Virus record (IMG/VR): IMGVR_UViG_3300043773_002546
Span: 64,001-128,000 of that record
Length of the DNA stretch: 64,000 nt
From: a virus
Strand: one strand, 5' to 3'
The notes under the pieces were generated by a model, which saw nothing but the letters and a program-made list of their open reading frames with translations, had not been told where the DNA came from and made no database searches. Both the position numbers and the translations under genes were made by a program. The first letter of the stretch is position 1, and each line of letters starts with the position of its first letter. Positions 19,724 through 28,646 of this stretch are shown here, one piece after another.

Positions 19724-19905
19724 TGGAAAAGCGCGGCGTAATTAAACCCGGCCAAACACCCCCCGAACACGACTCCCCGGCGGTTCCCGTCGTTAATTTT
19801 ACAGATCACTGTGAAAAAACGGCGGAAAGCGAGCTAGACGCCATTCGGCGGCTGGACGGGGATTTCCGTAAAGAGGCCGCGGACCAGGCCAAAAAGGCCC
19901 TCTAA
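19723..19905 (+). CDS. Small hypothetical protein with EKTA motif
   Basis: TGATG overlap with the upstream gene. Confidence 0.6.
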   Translation: MEKRGVIKPGQTPPEHDSPAVPVVNFTDHCEKTAESELDAIRRLDGDFRKEAADQAKKAL

Positions 19906-19931
19906 ACCTCTGTGCGCATGGAGGCGCAGCC

Positions 19932-21851
19932 GTGGCACTTACACCCTCTACCTCGATGGGCTTCACCACGCTCGGTAACGGCGCCATCGCCGACGAGCGT
20001 TTTCCGGATCCCTTTTGCGACGTCGCTAGCCTGTCGATGCCCGAAAGCATCCAGGCAGCCAACCGTTGGGTTGAGTACATCGCCAGCGCTAACGGCGTTT
20101 ACCGTCAAGCAATCGACCGGGTCGTCAGCTATTTCGTTACGGATATCGAGGTCCAGGACTTAGGCGAGAAAACGATTGGCCGCGAGGAAAAAGAGAAGTA
20201 CGCCACTTTTCTCGAGGAAACAATCGGCATCAAGAATGTCCTGCACACCGTGGCCCTGGACTACGCCGTCTACGGCAACTCATTCACCACGGTCCTAGTG
20301 CCCTTTCGGCGTTACTTGTCTTGCAAGAAGTGCGGCTTCGAGGCTCCGCTCGATAAAGTCTTCAACCAGAAGGCTTACAACTTTAAATGGAACGACTTTG
20401 ACTTCTACGCCAGCTGCCCGAAGTGCAAATACACTGGCGCCTGGAATCATATTGACCGCCGTAGCGGAGACACGAACTCCGTAAAAATCAAGCGCTGGAG
20501 CCCGCACGAGATTGACCTGCTCTGGGACCCTTACACGGACGAGGTGAGTTACGTCTGGAAGATCCCCGAGGACTACCGTAACCTCATCAAGCAGGGCCAC
20601 CTGCATCACCTAGAACGGGCTAGCTGGGAAGTTATCCAGGCGATCAAGAACGGCCAAAACCTGATGTTCGACAAGGGCGTCGTCTTCCACCTTAAGGAAG
20701 ATGCGCTATCGGGCATGCGCAACCGCGGATGGGGTATTTCTCGGATTTTGGCCAATTTTCGCCAGGCTTGGTATGTGCAAATCCTGCAACGATACAACGA
20801 AGCCATCGCCCTAGATTACGTTATCCCGTTTCGCGTGATTACGCCCGCGCCGCGCGGTGGCGATAGCGCGTCGAATGACCCTGTTCACACGATTAACCTC
20901 GCCAGCTTTTCCTCGCGCGTGCAGGCCATGCTCCGCGCGCGCCGCGTCGACCCGGCGCGATGGAACGTGTTGCCCTTCCCTGTGAACTACCAGGCCCTGG
21001 GCGGTGATGCGTCGCAGCTTGCGCCTAAAGACCTCATGGACCAAGGCATGCAGACGCTCCTGAATTGCATCGGCGTGCCCATGGAGCTTTTTAACGGATC
21101 ACTTACTCTCCAGGCTGCTCCGGCCGCATTGCGGTTGTTTGAAGCCAACTGGAGCCACTTGCCGCACAACCTCAACTGCTTTCTTAAAAACCTAGCCAGC
21201 ACCCTGGCCAAGGTCATGCAGTGGGAGCCGGTGAGCGTCAAGCTAATGCGCGTTACGCACGCCGACGATCTAAACCGCCAGATGGCCAAGCTGCAGCTCA
21301 TGCAGGGTCAAATGATTTCTAAGGGTACTGGCCTCAAGAGCGTTGGCCTGGACTACGAAGAAGAGACTAAGCGGATGCTCGAAGAGGAGCGAATTTACGC
21401 CGAAGAGCAAGAGCGAATGCAGAAGGAGATGGAACAGTCTAAGTCCATGCAGGACATCTCTCAGCAGACGCAAATGATGGGCGGCGTGGGTAACACCGGC
21501 GCCAGCGCTACCGGCGCACCGGCGCAGGGCGGCGCGCCGCAACCGGGAATGCAGCCGGGCATGCCCGGAGCAGGCAGCCCGGTCGACCAGTTTCTTTCTC
21601 AGCGCACTAACACGCCCAACGTCCCGCGCACGCCCGAGGATTTGCAGACGCAGGCGCAGCTCCTGGCTAATCAAATTCTTTCGCTACCCGAAAGCCAGAA
21701 AGACAGCGAACTTATTAAGCTCAAGCGCGGCGACCAGACGATGCACGCGCTGGTTTCTAGCATCATCGACGACATCCGGCAGCAGGCTCGCAACCAGGGC
21801 GGCGCCATGGTCATGCAGCAACAGTTCGGTCAAGGCGCGCCCCCCGGATAA
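19932..21851 (+). CDS. Probable portal protein with Zn-finger-like insertion
   Basis: Size; N-terminal SMPESIQAANRWVEY...VSYFVTDI; RWSPHEI; GWGISRI; Gln/Met-rich tail, resembling large-phage portals; CKKC...CPKC insert; start may be ATG near 19967. Confidence 0.6.
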   Translation: MALTPSTSMGFTTLGNGAIADERFPDPFCDVASLSMPESIQAANRWVEYIASANGVYRQAIDRVVSYFVTDIEVQDLGEKTIGREEKEKYATFLEETIGIKNVLHTVALDYAVYGNSFTTVLVPFRRYLSCKKCGFEAPLDKVFNQKAYNFKWNDFDFYASCPKCKYTGAWNHIDRRSGDTNSVKIKRWSPHEIDLLWDPYTDEVSYVWKIPEDYRNLIKQGHLHHLERASWEVIQAIKNGQNLMFDKGVVFHLKEDALSGMRNRGWGISRILANFRQAWYVQILQRYNEAIALDYVIPFRVITPAPRGGDSASNDPVHTINLASFSSRVQAMLRARRVDPARWNVLPFPVNYQALGGDASQLAPKDLMDQGMQTLLNCIGVPMELFNGSLTLQAAPAALRLFEANWSHLPHNLNCFLKNLASTLAKVMQWEPVSVKLMRVTHADDLNRQMAKLQLMQGQMISKGTGLKSVGLDYEEETKRMLEEERIYAEEQERMQKEMEQSKSMQDISQQTQMMGGVGNTGASATGAPAQGGAPQPGMQPGMPGAGSPVDQFLSQRTNTPNVPRTPEDLQTQAQLLANQILSLPESQKDSELIKLKRGDQTMHALVSSIIDDIRQQARNQGGAMVMQQQFGQGAPPG

Positions 21852-21857
21852 CAGCGT

Positions 21858-22901
21858 ATGCGTGTCGGAATTTACACGCATTACGCCCACTGTGACCAGG
21901 CGTACCTCGCTGTACGGCTGGCCGATTTCGTGCGTTCTCAGGGCGCCGAATTCGACATCTATTCTGACGCGGCGCCCGGCAAACTTGGCCTGGCCTACGA
22001 CCGCGCCGTGGCTCACCGCGGAATTATGAACTTCAGCGACTGGCTGAAGCGGCAGAGCGTCTTAGTCTGGACGCACGTGCCCTACATTGAGCAGTTGGCT
22101 TACGTGAAGCGATTTAAGATTCCCACAGTTATTGCGCCGATGTGGCAAGAGATGGAGCCGCCGTTCAAGAAGTGTCTCCGCGCGGCCGACGCCGTGGTGG
22201 TTTTCAGTCAGGAGCAACGGGAACTGTTTCACGCGGTGTTTAAACTTCGCAACGTGGCGTACATTCCCTTTGACACAGGGCTGCCAGTCACTCGCAAAGA
22301 GACCATTGTGAACGACCGGGCGATTTCGTTGTTTTTGCCGTGGTTTGACCGCAACGCTCGTTGCGCGTCTAGCCAGCTTCTGTCTTTTTTGGGCTATCTC
22401 GTTGAGCGAATGCCGGAAGTCCGCCTGACCGTGGGCATTACTTCCAGCCGTTTCGGCCCCGCAATCGCCAAGTACTTTACAAACTTGAGCAAGCGCACCG
22501 AAAACCGTGTTTGGCTCGCGCGCGGCGTGCCTTTTGCCAGGCGCGCGCCGCTGTACGGCCAGCACGACCTGACGCTTTGGCCCGGCGAGTGCGACAACTA
22601 CGGTCTTTGCGGCCTTTATAGCCTCGCGGCCGGGACGCCCGTGGTCAGCATGGCTACGGCGCCGCAGACGGACTTCCTTATCCAGGACGTCAATGCGGCC
22701 CTATGCAAAACGCGAGTCGATTACGATGATAACGGCGTTCCGCATGCGGTCCCCAACTATGAAGCATTTGCCGCTGTAATTCAGGATCTAGTTGCCGACA
22801 CTCGCTACATTGACCGCTTGCAAAAAAAGTCCAACTACAATCTGCAACCGCGCCGTACCGCCTTTGAGCTGGGCTGGCGCGGGCTACTCGAAATACCATG
22901 A
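21858..22901 (+). CDS. GT-B (GT4-like) glycosyltransferase
   Basis: HDLTLWPGECDNYGLCGLYSLAAGTPVV resembles the GT4 PS..EGFGL..EAMA.G.PVV motif. Confidence 0.62.
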   Translation: MRVGIYTHYAHCDQAYLAVRLADFVRSQGAEFDIYSDAAPGKLGLAYDRAVAHRGIMNFSDWLKRQSVLVWTHVPYIEQLAYVKRFKIPTVIAPMWQEMEPPFKKCLRAADAVVVFSQEQRELFHAVFKLRNVAYIPFDTGLPVTRKETIVNDRAISLFLPWFDRNARCASSQLLSFLGYLVERMPEVRLTVGITSSRFGPAIAKYFTNLSKRTENRVWLARGVPFARRAPLYGQHDLTLWPGECDNYGLCGLYSLAAGTPVVSMATAPQTDFLIQDVNAALCKTRVDYDDNGVPHAVPNYEAFAAVIQDLVADTRYIDRLQKKSNYNLQPRRTAFELGWRGLLEIP

Positions 22902-22917
22902 GGCGTAAGGACATGCC

Positions 22918-23658
22918 ATGACACCACTCGAAGAACAACTAGCCCATACTACCGAGTTTGCCAGGCGTCATTACGGCGACCGGCCGTCGATTTACGGGCG
23001 CTCGCTGTTTGCTCACTGCCAGGCGGTATCCAGGTTTGCCGAACACATCGCCCAGAAGCTTTACCAAGACGTTCGCGCCGAGTACACAAGCGCCGAGACC
23101 AACGAAACTCTTGCAGCCATCGTGCAAGGCGCTATGCTGCACGACGTCATCAATGTCAGTTGTGCATTCGAGGACGTAGCCGGGCACACCACAGTGCAGG
23201 TCGCCGCAATGGTGGCCGACTTGAGTCGCGATTACCGGCTTGTGGAAACCAAGCGCGATATGGAATTCCGCGGCAGGCTAAGCCAAAGCCCTGTAAGCAC
23301 GCAAATCGTCGCAGTCGCCGATATTGTTTGCTCGACCAAAGAGATTATTGCCATGCTCAACGCCGAAGGGCTTCCCGCGGTGCCACGCGCGAAAAAACTT
23401 CTGGCGCAGTTGGACGGCGATCTGCTTTCGGTGCACGCCGCAAACCTTTATTATGTCTTGCGCATGTATGTACATGCGGGTAGAAACATGATGCGAGAAG
23501 CAAGTCAGCTTATTAAAGACGTTCGCATCAAAGCCCGCACCGCGCAAAGCAACGCCGTGCTGCGCGCCAAGATCGCGGCCAAGCTCAACGCCAAGCCAGA
23601 GAAGGAAGTACCGGAGAAGAAACATGGCAAAAAGCGAACTACTCGACGCGATTCGTGA
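22918..23658 (+). CDS. HD-domain protein, SpoT/Mesh1 hydrolase-like
   Basis: FARRHYG...AH; AMLHDV; VAAMVADLS; VAVAD follow the SpoT/Mesh1 HD layout. Confidence 0.65.
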   Translation: MTPLEEQLAHTTEFARRHYGDRPSIYGRSLFAHCQAVSRFAEHIAQKLYQDVRAEYTSAETNETLAAIVQGAMLHDVINVSCAFEDVAGHTTVQVAAMVADLSRDYRLVETKRDMEFRGRLSQSPVSTQIVAVADIVCSTKEIIAMLNAEGLPAVPRAKKLLAQLDGDLLSVHAANLYYVLRMYVHAGRNMMREASQLIKDVRIKARTAQSNAVLRAKIAAKLNAKPEKEVPEKKHGKKRTTRRDS

Positions 23659-23947
23659 CGCATTTGAAATTGCGCAACCCAGCGTAGATGCGCTTGCGAT
23701 TAGCGCGTTTTGTGACTTCGCCGCCGACTGGCTGGCCAGGGCGGGCATCCTGGGCGTCGGGCACACGGCCAACGGCCTGGCCTTGCGGATGCGCGACGGT
23801 AGCGAAAAGCTTTTGGTGAACTTGGAACTCGAGCCCACCGTTGCGGATACTCCGGCGGTCGGCATCGGCGTCAACGGCGTCAGCGCCAGGCAGGGGATCG
23901 GCGGCGGGGAAGCACCCAGCATCCGTATCACCGGCCGTTCTCAATGA
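23624..23947 (+). CDS. Hypothetical protein
   Basis: GGAG RBS; stop codon lies inside palindrome copy 4. Confidence 0.65.
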   Translation: MAKSELLDAIRDAFEIAQPSVDALAISAFCDFAADWLARAGILGVGHTANGLALRMRDGSEKLLVNLELEPTVADTPAVGIGVNGVSARQGIGGGEAPSIRITGRSQ

Positions 23948-23958
23948 TATCAATGAGA
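23939..23958. promoter_or_regulatory. Dispersed palindrome copy 4 (TCTCAATGATATCAATGAGA)
   Basis: 20-bp palindrome with one mismatched pair, directly upstream of the tmk RBS. Confidence 0.85.
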
Positions 23959-23974
23959 TAGAGAAAGGATTCTC

Positions 23975-24604
23975 GTGTTCGTTTGTTTCGAAGGCATTGA
24001 CGGCGCTGGGAAGACAACCCAGGCGCTAAACCTAGTCGAACGACTGAAGACCGAAGGAGTTCCTGCTGAGCGGGTCTTTGACCCCGGCACGACGCGCGTT
24101 GGACAGGCAATCCGCGAGATTCTCCTGAACAACGACGAGCCCATGTCGCGGATGGCGCAGATGCTTCTTTTCTCTGCGGCGCGCGCGGAGCTAGCCGAGC
24201 ATATCGCGCGGCAGGTGGCGCAAGGAGTAGTGGTTATCTGCGACCGCTGGCTGCTGTCTACTTTGGTCTATCAGGGACACGGAAACCAGATAGATCCGCA
24301 GCTGATCTTGTCTATTTACCGGGGCACGTCAGACATCGTGCCGGATTTGTGTTTCCTGCTCGACATAACCGCCGAAGAAGCCGCGCGCCGTGTTGGTCCG
24401 CCTCGCGACCGGTATGAGCGCAAAAGTCTTTCCGACCGGCAGGCTATGCGCGACGTGTACCGGCACTACGCCGAGCAAAACGCTGTGACAATAGCGCGGC
24501 AAATTCACATTCTAGACGCCAGCGCGGCGGAGCAAGATACGCACGCCGCGGTGTATAAGTTGTTTTGTCGCGCGCATACCGTTTGTCGTTCGAAACCTGT
24601 CTGA
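23975..24604 (+). CDS. tmk: Thymidylate (dTMP) kinase
   Basis: FEGIDGAGKTTQ P-loop; LLFSAARAE; DRWLLSTLVYQG; PDLCFLLD. Confidence 0.93.
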   Translation: MFVCFEGIDGAGKTTQALNLVERLKTEGVPAERVFDPGTTRVGQAIREILLNNDEPMSRMAQMLLFSAARAELAEHIARQVAQGVVVICDRWLLSTLVYQGHGNQIDPQLILSIYRGTSDIVPDLCFLLDITAEEAARRVGPPRDRYERKSLSDRQAMRDVYRHYAEQNAVTIARQIHILDASAAEQDTHAAVYKLFCRAHTVCRSKPV

Positions 24605-24616
24605 CCGGAGGATTGC

Positions 24617-25186
24617 ATGTCTGCTAGTGCTTTAGCGCTCCCACGTAAATGCAAAGACCTTAATAATCAGATGTTCTTCTCTTTTGCCGAGTCGCATCGA
24701 CCGGTCAAAAAAGCTGCCGGGCGAGAGAAGCCTAAAGTGGCGCGCAATGTTTTGAAAATGCCCGCCCCGGCCCAGGTTGCGCCAGACCCGGCAAAAACGC
24801 AGTTGGAAAGCGTTACAGAAATGTGCCGGATGCTGCACAAACTCGCCGCAAAATATATTCCGCGGACGGCTTTCGACGACTTTGAATACCTTGTTCAAGG
24901 GACAAAAGTTCTTCAAGAGCTGCAGGTTCCGTTGACGGTCGCAGAAAACCTCCAGGCGCCCGTAGCCGAACATAACTCCGCTGTCGTATTGCACGCGCCG
25001 CAATATCGTCTTTTACGCAATCGCGCTTTAGCTGCGCTGGCCACAATTGCAGATCTATCTAGTAAGACTCCGGCCAAAGGCTCGGGGGAGTATCAGAAAG
25101 GCATGCGAGACGGCTTTGATTACGCCAGCGATATCGCGATTTTTTTTCTTGAAGATATGGAAGCTGCTTTTTCGTTTCGGAGATAA
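24617..25186 (+). CDS. Hypothetical protein
   Basis: GGAGG RBS. Confidence 0.7.
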   Translation: MSASALALPRKCKDLNNQMFFSFAESHRPVKKAAGREKPKVARNVLKMPAPAQVAPDPAKTQLESVTEMCRMLHKLAAKYIPRTAFDDFEYLVQGTKVLQELQVPLTVAENLQAPVAEHNSAVVLHAPQYRLLRNRALAALATIADLSSKTPAKGSGEYQKGMRDGFDYASDIAIFFLEDMEAAFSFRR

Positions 25187-25193
25187 GTCAATC

Positions 25194-25502
25194 GTGTCTG
25201 ACATTAAGATAAGCACCGGCGATATGTTTGAGCTAGTGAACCCAATTCTGGCACAAGAAGGCGATGAAGCGCCCACGTTGCTGCTGGAAGCAGGTGTCTG
25301 GAAAACGAATGACGGCAGCAACAAAAGCGGAATCTCCGTATCGACCTTTGGCGAACTGGCGCCGCTGATCGAACCGCAAGACGCGCGACGGTTGGCCAAA
25401 TGGTTGCTCTCGGCTGCCGACGAGCTCAGCGGCGAGAAAAGACTTAAGAACCGCAAAGGCCCAAAACGCACGCATTACGAAGACGACGACGATAATTATT
25501 AG
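25194..25502 (+). CDS. Hypothetical protein
   Basis: GGAG RBS before GTG 25194. Confidence 0.6.
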   Translation: MSDIKISTGDMFELVNPILAQEGDEAPTLLLEAGVWKTNDGSNKSGISVSTFGELAPLIEPQDARRLAKWLLSAADELSGEKRLKNRKGPKRTHYEDDDDNY

Positions 25503-25505
25503 CGC

Positions 25506-25533
25506 TTGACGCCTTTGCCGCGTCGCTCATAAT
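25506..25533 (+). promoter_or_regulatory. Sigma70-type promoter
   Basis: TTGACG-N16-CATAAT upstream of the tdk cluster. Confidence 0.65.
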
Positions 25534-25577
25534 CCGGGTTGGCACGAGGCCAGCCTTTTCTTTTCTTGGAGCTACTC

Positions 25578-25799
25578 ATGGATTGGACAAACGCTTTCGT
25601 TGCAATATGTAGCGCGGCGTTGGGAGCCGCAGCGCACGCGATTTATGCTGTTTGGTACCGCCGTAATTATTGGTCTGACTTTCACCTAGCCTTGCAGCAC
25701 GGCAAACGACGTCAAAACAGCATGCGCAAACGGGCGCCCGTCAAACGTAATCGGTTGCGGCACATAGCGCTTCGTTCTCTCCGGGACTTCGATGTCTAA
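25578..25799 (+). CDS. Small membrane protein
   Basis: GGAG RBS; one hydrophobic helix and a basic tail. Confidence 0.6.
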   Translation: MDWTNAFVAICSAALGAAAHAIYAVWYRRNYWSDFHLALQHGKRRQNSMRKRAPVKRNRLRHIALRSLRDFDV

Positions 25800-26379
25800 G
25801 CTCTATTTTCGTTACGGCACTGTCAACTCCGCCAAAACACTTAATCTTTTGGCCGTTGCGCACAATTACCGACAACAGGGTAAACGAGCGTTGATCGTCA
25901 AACCCGCCGTGGACACCCGCTGGGGACGAGAATGGATCACCAGCCGCGCCGGGCCTAAAATGCCTGCGGACCTTGTCCTCGAAAGAAACAGCGTAATCAC
26001 CGCTGACGATTTGATGGCCGTTTCCTGTGTTCTTGTGGATGAGGCGCAATTTCTTTCGCTGTTTACCGTTGAGCAGCTGGCGTACATCGCACACCGTAAT
26101 CCGGGCATTCCGGTGATCTGCTACGGGCTGCGAACTGATTTCAAGACTCGGTTGTTTCCCGCCTCCGCGCGCCTTATGGAGTTAGCGGACTCAATCGAGG
26201 AGATTAAGACGACCTGTCAGTACTGCGAACGCAAAGCGATCTTCAACCTGAAGTTTGTCAACGGCGTCCCGACTCGCGAAGGTCCGTCTGTGGAGCTGGG
26301 CGCCGAGGAAAAGTACGCCCCGGCCTGCGCGCTGTGTTATGCCGAGCAGCACGCCGCGGTGACAACGCACTATGTCTGA
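25792..26379 (+). CDS. tdk: Thymidine kinase
   Basis: YGTVNSAKT P-loop; VDEAQF; YGLRTDF; CQYC...C..C zinc lasso. Confidence 0.93.
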   Translation: MSKLYFRYGTVNSAKTLNLLAVAHNYRQQGKRALIVKPAVDTRWGREWITSRAGPKMPADLVLERNSVITADDLMAVSCVLVDEAQFLSLFTVEQLAYIAHRNPGIPVICYGLRTDFKTRLFPASARLMELADSIEEIKTTCQYCERKAIFNLKFVNGVPTREGPSVELGAEEKYAPACALCYAEQHAAVTTHYV

Positions 26380-26662
26380 GCAAGCCATGCCCGTGCTGGT
26401 ATTTGTATTTCTTTTTTCGGTCGCGGTCTTGACATGCGTGTTTGGTTTGTCGCTGTACATAGATCGGGCCGCCAAGCATGCGAGCCGCGCGCGGGTGGCC
26501 GAGATGGAACGCCGCCGGGAAGAAGCTAACGCTTACTGGGCCCCACGGATTCAAGCGGCGCTGGAGCGGGAGGCCGCACAGCAAACGACCGTTATCGCCG
26601 TTGCGCCCGTGCCGGAGGCGGAACATAATGCCGGTCGCCGCCGCATACAGAAACTGGACTGA
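26372..26662 (+). CDS. Small membrane protein
   Basis: N-terminal hydrophobic helix; overlaps the tdk end. Confidence 0.6.
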   Translation: MSEQAMPVLVFVFLFSVAVLTCVFGLSLYIDRAAKHASRARVAEMERRREEANAYWAPRIQAALEREAAQQTTVIAVAPVPEAEHNAGRRRIQKLD

Positions 26663-26664
26663 GC

Positions 26665-26850
26665 ATGGACGACGATATCGATAACGTAGCGCATAAGCCC
26701 ACTTACGAGGAGCTTTTGCGGGTCGTGAATTACATTGCCCGCTACAAAAGCTGGGACTTCCAAAAAGTGCGCGAACCATGGAAGTGGTGCAACGAGTTTA
26801 CTCATGTGGCTAGCGCTACCTTGAAAGGGGAGGAGACGTTTTGCGGATGA
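26665..26850 (+). CDS. Hypothetical protein
   Basis: Operon context. Confidence 0.55.
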   Translation: MDDDIDNVAHKPTYEELLRVVNYIARYKSWDFQKVREPWKWCNEFTHVASATLKGEETFCG

Positions 26851-27143
26851 TTGCTGTCGTCACGCCCATCGAGCTGCTCGGGTTGTTTCTTTTTTTGTTG
26901 GTCGGCGCGTCGGTGCTTCACGGCGCCCTGACCGTGTCCCAGGAAAACGACTATGAGCCACAAACAAGAGCAGCTGGCGCTGATTCTGGCCCGCCAGCTT
27001 CTAAACGCTCTTCGCGATCCAAACGCGCAGGCAACAATTCCGCTGCGCGTCCGCGAACAGGCCGCCGTCGTTCTGCGGCACTTTCCAAGCAACGCAAAGC
27101 TCGATCTTCTGTACGCCGCTGTAAAAAAGGCCCCACCCAATGA
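26847..27143 (+). CDS. Membrane-anchored basic protein
   Basis: GGAGG RBS; ATGA overlaps at both ends; N-terminal TM segment. Confidence 0.5.
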   Translation: MIAVVTPIELLGLFLFLLVGASVLHGALTVSQENDYEPQTRAAGADSGPPASKRSSRSKRAGNNSAARPRTGRRRSAALSKQRKARSSVRRCKKGPTQ

Positions 27144-27153
27144 CTTGCAATAA
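26953..27153 (+). CDS. BPSL0761-like small protein (nested in another frame)
   Basis: VREQAAVVLRHFPS matches the recalled vRe.A..lLRHYP family signature. Confidence 0.55.
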   Translation: MSHKQEQLALILARQLLNALRDPNAQATIPLRVREQAAVVLRHFPSNAKLDLLYAAVKKAPPNDLQ

Positions 27154-27589
27154 CAAAAACTGTGGTTGCGCAAAGCGGGCACAGCCACGCGAAGAGCTGA
27201 TCGACATGTCGGCCATTACGGCCCTTGGCGATATTGGCGCTGAGGCATTGCGCGGTCTTTTGGCGGTAGCCCGTAGCGGACTAACTGGACTCGCTAAGCT
27301 CGACCTTCCCGCAGGAGAACTGCGCACGCTGGCCCGCACGATTGCCGTTCTTTACGAAGAGCGCAACAGACTGCAAAATCTTTTGGCATCCATGGAGACT
27401 GTTGACGGCATCAACGTTGCAAGCGGCCCGACTGACGTAAAGATCGGCTTCGGCCCGGACAAGAAATACACGCTGATCATTCCCGTCACAGGGGCAATCG
27501 CCAAGCAGGAGCTAGCCACAGGTTTGCGCAACGTGGCCGACGTGCTCGCTCCGGATCCGCGTCAAATGCCGCTGCCTTTGGAATACTGA
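27140..27589 (+). CDS. Hypothetical protein
   Basis: ATGA and TGATG overlaps. Confidence 0.7.
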   Translation: MTCNNKNCGCAKRAQPREELIDMSAITALGDIGAEALRGLLAVARSGLTGLAKLDLPAGELRTLARTIAVLYEERNRLQNLLASMETVDGINVASGPTDVKIGFGPDKKYTLIIPVTGAIAKQELATGLRNVADVLAPDPRQMPLPLEY

Positions 27590-28644
27590 TGAGCGATCCA
27601 GCGCATGATCTGGCTCTGCTGCACCACGCGTTCTACGTCGGCGAACTAGAAGTAGGCCGCCGGGCGGCAGAGCGGTTGTTGCGCCAGGACCTGCCTGAAG
27701 ACAGCGCAACGCGGGCCCGCCACAACCGCACCTTCTACACACCGACGCTGGCCGAGCTGGGCCCGGTTGAATTCAGGCGCATTGATATCAAACCGGCTTA
27801 TCACGGTTGGAGCCTGTTCAACCCCACGCTCCTGAACAACAACGGCAAGCTCGTGGGACTGGTCCGCTCGAGCAACTACACCATGAAGGGCATGCAGTAC
27901 ATCATGCCGCCCGCGGACAAGGGCGTCATCCGCACCATCAGCATTTTCGTCGAGTACGCCCCAGACTTCAGCGTGGCCGCGTCTCATGCCTTGGCCGACC
28001 CCGACTACCCGCGGACAACCTTCGCCGTGGATGGCCTGGAGGATTGTCGCTTGTACGCTCGCGGCGACGCTCTTTATGTCTCGGCTACCGTGCGGAACTT
28101 TGCCCCCTATGACGGCAACTGCCGCATCGGCACGGCACGGCTGGACACGGCGGGGAAACGCTACTGCGAACTGGAGGTTCCCGCCGCGCCTGGCTCGCAG
28201 CACGAGAAGAACTGGATGCCGGTGATAGGCCAGGATTGCTGGCTTTATGCCTGCAATCAAAACGACAAAACTTTCTTGGCCCGCCGTAAAGGCGTTAACT
28301 GGGAACTTGTGAGCACGGGCCCGGCACCAATCGTGGCGCGCTCGTTTCGCGGTGGCGCGCAATTAGTGCCATTCGGCGGCGGTTATCTCTGCGCCATTCA
28401 CGAGGTTACGCACGGCGACAACAGACGGACTTATGAGCACCGGTTTGTGTGGTTTGACGATCAACTGCGCGTCAAGAAACTCAGCGCGCCTTTTTACTTT
28501 CGCAACAAACGGCAAATTGAGTTTGCGGCTGGCTTGGCCGTTATTGGCGATCAAGTCGTACTGTCGTTCGGCTATCAGGACAAAGAAGCGTGGCTGGCAA
28601 TTTTAAGCGCCCAGGCCGTTTCGGAACGATTGTCGCCGGTGTAA
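27589..28644 (+). CDS. Five-bladed beta-propeller glycosidase/phosphorylase-like protein (GH130/GH43 clan)
   Basis: FNPTL; GLEDCRL; HEKNWMP; FRGGAQL; YEHRFV; IEFAAGL; short helical N-terminus. Confidence 0.7.
   Translation: MSDPAHDLALLHHAFYVGELEVGRRAAERLLRQDLPEDSATRARHNRTFYTPTLAELGPVEFRRIDIKPAYHGWSLFNPTLLNNNGKLVGLVRSSNYTMKGMQYIMPPADKGVIRTISIFVEYAPDFSVAASHALADPDYPRTTFAVDGLEDCRLYARGDALYVSATVRNFAPYDGNCRIGTARLDTAGKRYCELEVPAAPGSQHEKNWMPVIGQDCWLYACNQNDKTFLARRKGVNWELVSTGPAPIVARSFRGGAQLVPFGGGYLCAIHEVTHGDNRRTYEHRFVWFDDQLRVKKLSAPFYFRNKRQIEFAAGLAVIGDQVVLSFGYQDKEAWLAILSAQAVSERLSPV
27780..27792. promoter_or_regulatory. Dispersed palindrome copy 5 (CATTGATATCAAA)
   Basis: Core WWTGATATCAWW inside a CDS. 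Confidence 0.6.
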
Positions 28645-28646
28645 GC

